Source: Propionibacterium ruminifibrarum
Lineage (GTDB): Bacteria > Actinomycetota > Actinomycetes > Propionibacteriales > Propionibacteriaceae
Direction of reading: 5' to 3'
Length of the DNA stretch: 32,000 nt
Assembly: GCF_900289195.1 (NCBI RefSeq)
Contig: NZ_OMOH01000003.1
Span: 236,697-268,696, forward strand
Position numbers and translations under genes: made by a program. Positions 16,201 through 24,600 of the stretch are shown here, piece by piece. Each line of letters begins with the position of its first letter. Positions within the stretch are counted from its first letter, which is position 1. The notes under the pieces were generated by a model that was not told where the DNA came from, did not search any database, and worked only from the letters and a program-made list of their open reading frames with translations.

Positions 16201-18666
16201 ATGCCGGAGTACTCGTACCGCCCACGTGCCGTGGAGCAGGTCTTCGCCACGCGGGCCTCCCAGCAGGTGGCGATCCTCGAGGGGCGTCGTGCAGTGGGCA
16301 AGTCGAGCCTGGCCCGACACCTGGTCGAGGCGGGTACCTATGCGAGCTATCAGTCACTCACCGAACCCGATGTGCTCAGGAGCGCCGGAGCCGATCCCGG
16401 TCGGTGGGTCCGAACACTCGAACTCCCGGCGGTGATCGACGAGGCACAGCTCGTTCCCGGGGTGAGTCTTGCCGTGAAGGAGCTCGTCGACGAGTTGCCG
16501 CCGGGACACCACTTTCTCCTCACGGGTTCCGCCAGTGTGGGGCGCGGCACGATGGCGGGTTCGGATCCGCTCACCGGGAGGTCGGTACGGATCCGCTTGG
16601 ACCCGTTCGCCGCGCTGGAACTCGGCGCTCACCCGGATCAGGCAGTGCCGTCGATCGTCGACATCCTGTTCGACGCCGAGTTCCATGGCGAGAGCGTTGG
16701 CATGAGTGAGCAGGCCGAGCTGTGCGCCGTGCTGCGTACCGGTGGGATTCCCGCCTACTGCCTGCCCGCTGTGCGGCTCACGCGCAGCGCCCTCAACGCC
16801 AGGGTGGCATCGGACAACCTGGCGATCCTCGGTGAACAGCTGCTGCCGGGCGAACGTCTCGACCCCGGTATCGCCCTGCGCGTCCTCGACTCGGTGCTGA
16901 GAATCCCCGCAGGCCAGCTCAACCGCACCCGGCTTGCGCAGGAGCTCGGCGTGAACCACCAGACGATCAGCCGCTACCTGGGCATTCTCGAACGCAGATT
17001 CATGATCACCGAACTGCCCAACATCAGGGCCGGGGCCTCCAAGGCCGGCCGGGCCGCGCCCAAGGTGCACGGCGTTGACTCGTCCCTGGCCTGCGAGGCA
17101 CTGGGTCGCGCAGGACACGACGTCGAAACCAGTCCGGAACTGCTCGGCCAGACCTTGGAGACCTGGGTCTTCACCCAGATCAATGCGGCACGCGGCTGGT
17201 CGCGTCTACCCGCGGACATCTTCTACTGGCGTGACAACAAGACCCGGCGGGAAGTCGACATCGTCCTGGTCGATGGGCAAGGCCGAAGGGTCGGGGTCGA
17301 GGTGAAACTGGCCACCTCGGTCTCGTCCGCCGACCTGAAGGGGCTGCGTGCCATGGCCGATCCCAGTCATGGCGGCCTGCACCGCGGGTTCGTCGTGTAC
17401 ACGGGCAGTCGTTGTCACCGGCTCGACGAGACCACTTGGGCGCTTCCGCTGGCGGTGCTGCGCTCGCAGGACGCACTGCGCCGCATCGTGGCCACGGACG
17501 ATCCGGCTCAGGAGACGCAGCCGGTACGAGCGTCGATTCACCATCCGAGAGGTACGGCCATGGTCAATGATGGAGCGAACCGGGTACAGGCGGCGGGACA
17601 CGATGCCGCGGAGACGATCTTCCTCAGCTATGTGCACGCCGACGATGATGTCCTGGACGGCGGCATCACCGAGTTCGCCCGCCAGGTCAAGCAGGCGACC
17701 GAGTTCAACCTGGGGCGCCCGATCGAACTCGTCATCGACCGCGACGTGCTGGGCTGGGGCGCCGACTGGAAGAAGACCCTGCAGGAACAGGTGGCGCGCA
17801 CGACGTTCCTGCTCGCCATGGTGACACCCGGCTACGTCAGATCGCCGGCCTGCCAGGAGGAGTTCACCTTCTTCGCAGCGAGAGGCGCGGCCCAGGAGTA
17901 CGACGGGCTGCTCACCCTGCTGGTGAGGGACCCGCGATGGGACGCCCCGGACATCGTCGACAACCCGGTGTGTCAGGAGATTCACGAGACGATCGACAGC
18001 CGCCAGTGGCTCGAACAGCCTCTTGAGGACCTGGCGGTCGGCACGCCCGAGTTCAAGAAAGCAGCCAGGGCCGTAGCCGAGGCCCTGACCCAGCGCATCA
18101 TCGACCTTGAGCGGCGTGTCCCGAGAACCGAAGCACGCGGCCTGGCGGACAACGACGATGACGGTGACGGCCTGGTTGAGATCATGGACAGGCTGCAAGA
18201 CGAGTACTTCCCGGATCTGACCGCCCAGACAGACCGCTTCACTGCGGCGTTGAGTGATTTCGGCATCAGGTTCGCGCGGGAGATGAACCGGATTCCATCG
18301 GGGGGCCTACCCACCGCGAAGACCCTTGTCTTGGTGGCCCACAACTGCGAAGGGCCCCGTGAAGAACTCGATGCGGCGGCGGACGAGTTGAGTCGGGCCT
18401 GGAAACAGACCAGCGATGGGCTCTCCAGGGCTGTCTCGCGCCTTCGCGAGCTGGATCAGAAGGACCAGGTCGAACAGATGAAGCAGGAACTCACCAGTAT
18501 CACGTCGGGGCTCGATGCCGGTTCCCTGGACGAGATGCAGACGATGGTGAACCAGATGGGGCTGCTCTCGGCATCGCTGAAACCGACGGGCCGGACGCTG
18601 TCGAAGGCTCTCTCGATCATGACGTCGATCAGGGGCTCTGCGGAGGCCTGGGTCGAACAGCTGTGA
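16201..18666 (+). CDS. Fusion protein: COG1373-type ATPase (AAA_14 + DUF4143 wHTH + PD-(D/E)xK-like module), TIR domain and C-terminal helical domain
   Basis: A single 821-aa ORF. The N-terminus MPEYSYRPR, Walker A GRRAVGKSS (16282-16305) and Walker B VIDEAQ (D80 at 16438) fit the ATPase. The wHTH is NRTRLAQELGVNHQTISRYLGILERRFMI. The nuclease-like motif is YWRD..REVD(353)IVLV..VGVE(367)VK(369). The TIR-like block spans residues about 471-612: IFLSYVHADDD, GWGADWKKTLQEQVARTTFLLAMVTPGYVRSPACQEEF (matching the S-x-W-C-x-x-E catalytic helix pattern, Glu554 at 17860-17862). Residues about 613-821 are helical with no recognised motif. Confidence 0.8.
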   Translation: MPEYSYRPRAVEQVFATRASQQVAILEGRRAVGKSSLARHLVEAGTYASYQSLTEPDVLRSAGADPGRWVRTLELPAVIDEAQLVPGVSLAVKELVDELPPGHHFLLTGSASVGRGTMAGSDPLTGRSVRIRLDPFAALELGAHPDQAVPSIVDILFDAEFHGESVGMSEQAELCAVLRTGGIPAYCLPAVRLTRSALNARVASDNLAILGEQLLPGERLDPGIALRVLDSVLRIPAGQLNRTRLAQELGVNHQTISRYLGILERRFMITELPNIRAGASKAGRAAPKVHGVDSSLACEALGRAGHDVETSPELLGQTLETWVFTQINAARGWSRLPADIFYWRDNKTRREVDIVLVDGQGRRVGVEVKLATSVSSADLKGLRAMADPSHGGLHRGFVVYTGSRCHRLDETTWALPLAVLRSQDALRRIVATDDPAQETQPVRASIHHPRGTAMVNDGANRVQAAGHDAAETIFLSYVHADDDVLDGGITEFARQVKQATEFNLGRPIELVIDRDVLGWGADWKKTLQEQVARTTFLLAMVTPGYVRSPACQEEFTFFAARGAAQEYDGLLTLLVRDPRWDAPDIVDNPVCQEIHETIDSRQWLEQPLEDLAVGTPEFKKAARAVAEALTQRIIDLERRVPRTEARGLADNDDDGDGLVEIMDRLQDEYFPDLTAQTDRFTAALSDFGIRFAREMNRIPSGGLPTAKTLVLVAHNCEGPREELDAAADELSRAWKQTSDGLSRAVSRLRELDQKDQVEQMKQELTSITSGLDAGSLDEMQTMVNQMGLLSASLKPTGRTLSKALSIMTSIRGSAEAWVEQL

Positions 18667-20185
18667 CTCCCGGCTCGGGGATCCGGTCGACCGGGGCCGT
18701 TCGGTGCGACATGTCCTCGAACAGCTCCCGCACTCGGACGAAGTCGGCGCGCACGTCCACCTCCTCGCGGACGCCACCGTCGGCCAGGTGAATGAGCCTG
18801 TCGCAGGCCGCTGCGATCAGTTCCAGGTCGTGGGTGATGACCAGCACCACCCGGTCGGCCGCGAGACGGCGCAGCAGGGCCGCGACGCGCTGCACGGCGT
18901 CGCGGTCGAGGCCGCTCGTCGGCTCGTCGAGGACGACGAGCCGTTTGCCGCCGGCCATGGCCGTGGCCACCGCCAGTCGCTGCTTCTGGCCGCCGGACAG
19001 TGTCGCCGGGTGTCGAGGGCCCAGGCCGGCCAGGTCGAGCCCGTCCAGCAGCCCGGCCACGTCGACGTCCTGCGGCCGGGCCAGCCCGAAGGTCACCTCA
19101 GCGTCGACGGTCTCGGCGAACATCTGCTGTTCGACGTGCTGGAAGACCATCGCGGCGTGGCGCGGCAGGACGCGCCGCGAGACCGGGGCGCCCTCGACGA
19201 GGATCCGCCCGGCATCGGTGCGGACCAGCCCGCACAGCGCTCGGCCGAGCGTCGTCTTCCCCGCGCCGTTGGCTCCGGTGAGGGCGACCACCTCGCCCGG
19301 GCACAACCGAACGTCCACGCCGGCGAGCACCTGCCGTCCGCCGCGCCGCACCGACAGGCCGGCGGCCCGCAGCCATGGCCGCCCCGGACCGCCATGGCCG
19401 CGGGGCGGTGGGGGAGCGGGTCGGATACCGCCCGCCGAACGGGCCCGCAGGCCCATGGCCGTGACGTCCGCATCGCTGAGTTCCGCGAACTCGTCGGAGT
19501 CCAGGACCCGGTCGACCCGGCCGCCGGACAGGACGCAGTAGCGATCGGCCAGCCCGGCGAGCCAGGAGAGCCGGTGCTCGGCGACCAGGACCGCGCAGCC
19601 GGCGGCCTTGGCCCTGGCCACGCAGTCACGCAGGTCACGCACCGCTCCCGGATCGAGATTGCCCGTCGGCTCGTCGAGTACGAGGGTCCCCGGTCGCATC
19701 GCCCACGCCGAGGCGAAGACCACTCGCTGCAGCTGACCGCCCGAGAGTTCGAACAGACTGCGCCCCGCCAGCCCGCGCAGCCCCAGCTCGTCGATGACCT
19801 CACCGGCGCGTGCCCGCATCCGCTCGGCCGGCCATCCGGCGCTCTCCATGCCGAAGGCGATCTCGCTCGTCGTGTCGGTGGTGAAGAACTGGGTGGTCGG
19901 GTTCTGAAAGACCGAGCCGACCCGTTCGGCGAGCTGCCACGACGTCAGCTGCGCGACGTCCTGGCCGTCGAGGAGCACCCGGCCGCTCAGCGTCCCGGGG
20001 AAGAACGACGGGGCCAGCCCGTTCGCCAGACGGGTGATCGTCGTCTTCCCGCAGCCCGATCGCCCGCACACGACGAGCACCTCACCGGGGCCGACCGTCA
20101 GCGTGATGTCACGCACCCCTGCGCCACCCTCGTGGCCCGTGCCGTGGTGCGCATAGCTGAAACAGGCGTCGCGGAACTCGATCAT
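18629..20185 (-). CDS. ECF transporter duplicated ATPase (fused EcfA-EcfA')
   Basis: MIEFRDACFSY start. Walker A GRSGCGKTT and GANGAGKTT, signatures LSGGQLQRV and LSGGQKQRL, Walker B LVLDEPT and VVLDEPT. The ATG at 20185 overlaps the T-component stop (ATGA). The upstream part of ORF 18629..20800 is an artefact. Confidence 0.9.
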   Translation of the reverse strand: MIEFRDACFSYAHHGTGHEGGAGVRDITLTVGPGEVLVVCGRSGCGKTTITRLANGLAPSFFPGTLSGRVLLDGQDVAQLTSWQLAERVGSVFQNPTTQFFTTDTTSEIAFGMESAGWPAERMRARAGEVIDELGLRGLAGRSLFELSGGQLQRVVFASAWAMRPGTLVLDEPTGNLDPGAVRDLRDCVARAKAAGCAVLVAEHRLSWLAGLADRYCVLSGGRVDRVLDSDEFAELSDADVTAMGLRARSAGGIRPAPPPPRGHGGPGRPWLRAAGLSVRRGGRQVLAGVDVRLCPGEVVALTGANGAGKTTLGRALCGLVRTDAGRILVEGAPVSRRVLPRHAAMVFQHVEQQMFAETVDAEVTFGLARPQDVDVAGLLDGLDLAGLGPRHPATLSGGQKQRLAVATAMAGGKRLVVLDEPTSGLDRDAVQRVAALLRRLAADRVVLVITHDLELIAAACDRLIHLADGGVREEVDVRADFVRVRELFEDMSHRTAPVDRIPEPGVTAVRPRPPQSP

Positions 20186-20931
20186 GCGTTCACCCGCAGC
20201 ACGATGGCGAGCACGAGGACAACGATCCCCGGGGCCGTGGCGAGAACGTCGACCCTGCCGAAACCGATGGGCGTGCAGCAGGTACGGCGCGCCGGGTTCT
20301 CGATGCCACGCGCCACGGCCGCCATCGACAGCTCGTCGGCCGCCGTCGAGGCGCTCATCAGTAGCGGAACGTAGACGCACTCGATGGTCCGCACCGGATG
20401 GCGCACCAGGGTGATCGGGCCGGGGCCGATGCCCCGCAGTCGCATCGCGTCCCGGATCGACGCCCAGTCCGCACGCACCGTCGGCGCATAGCGCAGCATG
20501 ATGGCCAGTGGGACCACCACCTGACGGGGCAGCCGCAGCGCGTTCAGCGCGCTCATGAACTCGCCGACCGGTGTCGTCGACACGGTGACCGCGGCGACGA
20601 GGCCGCACGGCAGCACCGTGCGCATCAGGGCGCCGAAGGAACCGAGCATGGTCCGCAGCGCCACGTGGTCGAGGCGGGGTACGCCCTGCAACGCGGCCAT
20701 CATCGCCGCGTACCCTGCCAACCCGACCAGCCCCATCCTCGGGCGGCGCAGCACCAGTGCGAATACCGCTGCCGCGCCCATGACGACGAGATCGAACCAC
20801 ACCGCCGGGCTGAGTGCCGTCGCGGCGGCCACGGCCAGCAGGACGAACAGTTTGCTGCGCGGATCGGCCGACCCGGTGCGCCGTGCGCCCGGCCCGGGCG
20901 GCTCGTCCGCTCTCCCGGATCGGACGCTCAC
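20182..20931 (-). CDS. ECF transporter T component (EcfT/CbiQ-like)
   Basis: 249-aa polytopic protein (LFVLLAVAAATAL..., ...AAVARGIENP ARG-type motif). The GTG at 20931 overlaps the S-component stop (GTGA). Confidence 0.8.
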   Translation of the reverse strand: MSVRSGRADEPPGPGARRTGSADPRSKLFVLLAVAAATALSPAVWFDLVVMGAAAVFALVLRRPRMGLVGLAGYAAMMAALQGVPRLDHVALRTMLGSFGALMRTVLPCGLVAAVTVSTTPVGEFMSALNALRLPRQVVVPLAIMLRYAPTVRADWASIRDAMRLRGIGPGPITLVRHPVRTIECVYVPLLMSASTAADELSMAAVARGIENPARRTCCTPIGFGRVDVLATAPGIVVLVLAIVLRVNA

Positions 20932-21554
20932 CTGGCCGTCACTCCCGCCTTCTCGAACTGGCGTCGCAGGAGGCGGCGGCCGAGCAGGCCGCTGATGAGT
21001 GCGCAGCCGAGAATGCTCGCGATCATCGCCGGGAACATCCACCCGACCCCGGTGGCGAGCATCGTGTCCATGTAGGCCTGTTCGGTGCCCCTGCCGACGA
21101 GATAGGCGGCGTACGAGTCGGGGCTGAGCCACAGCATCGCGTACGAGCCGAGCGGGTTGAGGCTGAACAGCATGAAACTGAGCAGGTTCAGCCCCTGGCT
21201 GCGAAAGCCACCGGCCCCCGCGACGAGATCGCCGACGAACCCTGCGACGACGTAGGTGACGGCCCAGCCCCAGTACATGCCGGTGACGAACATGATCAGG
21301 CCGAGGACGGCGCCGACGATGACGACCGGCCCGTGCTTGGGCACCTTGGCGATGAGCAGCAGGTAGACCGGGCCCGTCAGCAGGGCCACGGCCGCGGGCA
21401 TGGCGAAGGTGAGCACGGGGTTGGGGGCGAGCAGGGCGCCGCCGGCCATGGTGAAGAACAGCATGAGGGCGGCGAAGACGCCACACGTGATGAGATCCCT
21501 GGCCGTGAGTCGTCCGGCGGTGCTCGCGGCGGGCGCAGTGCGGGAGGTCAACAT
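20928..21554 (-). CDS. ECF-type S component / integral membrane substrate-capture protein, specificity unknown
   Basis: 208-aa, roughly 6-TM protein. It is the first gene of an S-T-A operon joined by overlapping stops and starts. A strong SD AAGGAG lies 5 nt upstream of the ATG at 21554. Confidence 0.7.
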   Translation of the reverse strand: MLTSRTAPAASTAGRLTARDLITCGVFAALMLFFTMAGGALLAPNPVLTFAMPAAVALLTGPVYLLLIAKVPKHGPVVIVGAVLGLIMFVTGMYWGWAVTYVVAGFVGDLVAGAGGFRSQGLNLLSFMLFSLNPLGSYAMLWLSPDSYAAYLVGRGTEQAYMDTMLATGVGWMFPAMIASILGCALISGLLGRRLLRRQFEKAGVTAR

Positions 21555-21707
21555 GTCCGCTCCTTGATTGAGGTGAGGCTAAACTGATCCGGTCGGGTCA
21601 GCCTAGGAACGCCCCGCCCCGCCGGTCGGGTCGGGGCGGCGACCGGTGTCCGAACCGATCACGGGCGCGTCCCATCACCACAACGGGCAGGAACAGGAGG
21701 GGCGACG

Positions 21708-22667
21708 GTGGCGTTCTTCCAGCGCTCCCAGGTGGGTCAGAGCGGCTTCGTGCCCACCGGCGCACCCGGCTTCGGCCCGGGCTGGGAGAGCTTCACCGCC
21801 GACAACCGGCGCCTGCGGGGCCTGTTCCACTCCTTCGCCCCCGACGACGCCGAATGGGCGATCACCATCCATGACTTCGCCCTCACCCGAGACAGCAGAC
21901 TGCGGTTCGAGCTGCCCCACTATCTGACGGCGTGCTGGTTCGAGTCGATCGCGGGCCGTCAGCTCACCCCGCGCCGGCCGCTGCGCGCCAACAGCATCTG
22001 GGGTCACTGGACCGGCGACGGCCTGTGGGAGGGCATCGTCCGCGGCGCCGTCCCGATCCGCGCGGTGTCCATCGAGGTGAGTCCCACGTTCTCGGCCCGC
22101 TTCCTCGATGCCGAGTACCCCGGACAGTTCCGTGACGTGGCCGACGCCTTCCGCTGCCTGGGGCTGGAGGACGACTTCCCCGACCTGAAGAACCTGCTCG
22201 CCGAGCTGTGGCCACAGCCGCACGACGCCCCGCGCGGTCGCCTCCACTACGAGGCGAAGGTCCTCGAGGCGATGGGCATGATCGTCGAGCACACCCGCGG
22301 GGCCGCGCAGGGGACCCGGCTGCGCAGGGCGGACGTGGAGACCCTGCACGCCGTCGTCGCCTACATCGACGAACACCTCGACCGGCAGCTGCGCATCGAC
22401 GAGTTGTCCCGGATGGCCTGCATGAGCCCCACCAAGTTCAAGGCCGACTTCCGCGCCGCCAATGGGTGCACGGTGGGGCAGTACATCCAGGCGAGCCGGA
22501 TGAGCCGGGCCGAGGTGCTGCTCAGACATTCGGACATGACGATCGGACAGGTCGGACGTCAGGTCGGCTACCACTGCGCGAGCCGCTTCTCGCAGCTCTT
22601 CAAACGCGAGAAGGGCATGCTGCCGAGCGAGTTCCGGCGTGCCCGGACGCAACCAGGAGCCCCCTGA
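21708..22667 (+). CDS. AraC/XylS-family transcriptional regulator
   Basis: C-terminal double HTH: LRIDELSRMACMSPTKFKADFRAANGCTVGQYIQASRMSRAEVLL...IGQVGRQVGYHCASRFSQLFKREKGMLPSEFR. GTG start at 21708 with AGGAGG 7 nt upstream. It is divergent from the ECF operon. Confidence 0.9.
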   Translation: MAFFQRSQVGQSGFVPTGAPGFGPGWESFTADNRRLRGLFHSFAPDDAEWAITIHDFALTRDSRLRFELPHYLTACWFESIAGRQLTPRRPLRANSIWGHWTGDGLWEGIVRGAVPIRAVSIEVSPTFSARFLDAEYPGQFRDVADAFRCLGLEDDFPDLKNLLAELWPQPHDAPRGRLHYEAKVLEAMGMIVEHTRGAAQGTRLRRADVETLHAVVAYIDEHLDRQLRIDELSRMACMSPTKFKADFRAANGCTVGQYIQASRMSRAEVLLRHSDMTIGQVGRQVGYHCASRFSQLFKREKGMLPSEFRRARTQPGAP

Positions 22668-22836
22668 CAAGGAAGAACACTCGCCGAGAAGTGACCGGCG
22701 AGCCTGCGGCGAGGCGGCTCTGAGCGCTGCGGCCGCGGCCTGCGGCAGCTCTTGACCAGCGGTCTAGCGTCACGAGAAACCGTCCCGGCCCGGTGGGCCC
22801 CGGGAGGGTCCGTCAACAGGCTTGGAGCGTGGTCAG

Positions 22837-24600
22837 GTGGGGTTCTGGGAGCTGGTTCGCCCCGTGCGGGGGCAGGTGGTGGCGGGAACAGCCCTGCAGG
22901 GGCTCGGCGCACTCGCCGCCCTGGTGCCGATGGCCGCGATCGTCGAACTGTCCGGGGTGCTCATCGCCGGTGGTGCGGGGTCGACGGCCTGGCGCTGGCT
23001 GCTGGTGGCGGTCGGCGGCGTCATCGCCCGCATGGCGCTCACCGGCGCCGGCGCCGTCGTCCTGCATTTCGCCGACTCGGCGCTCGCCGCCGATCTGCGA
23101 CTGCGACTTTCGGCCCAGCTGTCCCGCATACCGGTGGGCCAGGCCCGCTCCGTCGGCTCGGGGCGGCTGCTGAAACTCGTCTCGGACGACGTGGCGGCGC
23201 TCCACACGCTCGTCGCCCACGCATCCGGAGACACGGTCGTCGCCGTCGTCACCGCCGTCGGCGCATTCGGCCTGCTGGCCCGATACGCCTGGCCGCTGGC
23301 CCTGGTGGCGCTCGTTCCGGTCCTCGGTTTCCTCGGGGTGTTCGGCGCCATGATGGGCAGGGCCGTGTCCCAGTTCGACCAGTACGACGAGGCCCGGGGC
23401 CGGTTGAACGCCGCGACCACCGAGTTCACCCGAGGCGTCTACGTGGTCAAGACCTTCGGGCGTGCCGGGCACGCCTCGGAGCAGTACGCCCGGGCGGTCG
23501 ACGACTACGCGAGGTTCTACGGTCGGTGGATGGGGCCGATGATCACGAGTTCGGCCCTGGGCCTGGCGATCGTCTCCGCCCCCAGCGTGCTCGCCGTCAT
23601 GGGCCTGAGCGCCCTGGCGATGGTCCGGGCCGGCCGTGTCGACGTCACCGGGGCGGTGGCGGGCCTGGTCCTCGGTATCGGCCTGGCCATCCCGCTGACC
23701 CAGATGGACGGCTACAGCGTCAAGCTCAGGGCGGCCCGCGAGGCCGCTGCGCGGATCGGGGCCTTCCTGGCGGCCGAACCCCTGCCCGTCGACACCGACC
23801 CGGTGCCTGCCGAGTGGGGCGAGGGGGGCGATGTGGAACTGCGCGAGGCGCGTCTTCGGTACGAGCCCGGTGCCCCCGAGGCGGTGTCCGGCGTCAGCCT
23901 GCACATCCTGCCCGGCACGGTGACGGCCCTCGTCGGCCCCTCCGGCGCCGGGAAATCGAGCTGCGCCGGTCTCATCCCCCGGTTCTGGGACCCCACCGGC
24001 GGCCGGGTGCTCCTCGCCGGCACCGACCTGAGGCGGTACCGCGTCGAGGACCTGCACCGCCACGTCGACTTCGTCCTGCAGGACGGGCGGCTCCTGCCGC
24101 TGAGCCTGGCCGAGAACATCTCTCTCGGCAGGCCCGGCGCCGGTCAGCAGCAGGTCGAGGACGCGGCCCGCCGCGCCGGGATCCACCAGCGAATCTGCGA
24201 GCTGCCCCGCGGTTATGACTCGGTGCCCGGCGTCGACGCCCTGCTGTCGGGCGGCGAGAGCCAGCGGGTGGCAGTCGCCAGGGTGCTGCTCGCCGGGGCG
24301 CCGGTCCTGCTGCTCGACGAGGCGACCTCGTACGCCGACCCGGAGAACGAGGTACTGCTGCAGCAGGCCCTCTCCACCGCCGCGCGGGGCCGCACCGTCC
24401 TCGTCATCGCCCACCGTCTGGCTGCCGTTCAGGACGTGGACAGCATCGTCGTCCTGGACGAGGGCCGGGTGGCCCAGCAGGGCACTCATGACGAACTGCT
24501 GGACCGGGACGGGCTCTACCGGCGGCTCTGGCGGATGCAGGGGGCCGGGTCTGCGGACCCGCTGTCCGGCCCCGGCGACGGGCAGGAGACGACACGATGA
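22837..24600 (+). CDS. ABC transporter fused permease/ATP-binding protein (type I exporter fold), heterodimer partner 1
   Basis: 6-TM N-terminal domain plus NBD (Walker A GPSGAGKSS, signature LSGGESQRVAVAR, Walker B LLLDEATS). The start is uncertain: GTG at 22837 (GGAGCG 7 nt upstream) or TTG at 22822. Confidence 0.85.
   Translation: MGFWELVRPVRGQVVAGTALQGLGALAALVPMAAIVELSGVLIAGGAGSTAWRWLLVAVGGVIARMALTGAGAVVLHFADSALAADLRLRLSAQLSRIPVGQARSVGSGRLLKLVSDDVAALHTLVAHASGDTVVAVVTAVGAFGLLARYAWPLALVALVPVLGFLGVFGAMMGRAVSQFDQYDEARGRLNAATTEFTRGVYVVKTFGRAGHASEQYARAVDDYARFYGRWMGPMITSSALGLAIVSAPSVLAVMGLSALAMVRAGRVDVTGAVAGLVLGIGLAIPLTQMDGYSVKLRAAREAAARIGAFLAAEPLPVDTDPVPAEWGEGGDVELREARLRYEPGAPEAVSGVSLHILPGTVTALVGPSGAGKSSCAGLIPRFWDPTGGRVLLAGTDLRRYRVEDLHRHVDFVLQDGRLLPLSLAENISLGRPGAGQQQVEDAARRAGIHQRICELPRGYDSVPGVDALLSGGESQRVAVARVLLAGAPVLLLDEATSYADPENEVLLQQALSTAARGRTVLVIAHRLAAVQDVDSIVVLDEGRVAQQGTHDELLDRDGLYRRLWRMQGAGSADPLSGPGDGQETTR

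Noticed and set aside
17560-18666. Treating the TIR-helical part as a separate gene and the ATPase as ending upstream
   Set aside because: There is no stop codon anywhere between 16201 and 18664 in this frame, so the sequence as given encodes a fusion. The internal SD/ATG is reported as a finding rather than as a separate CDS.
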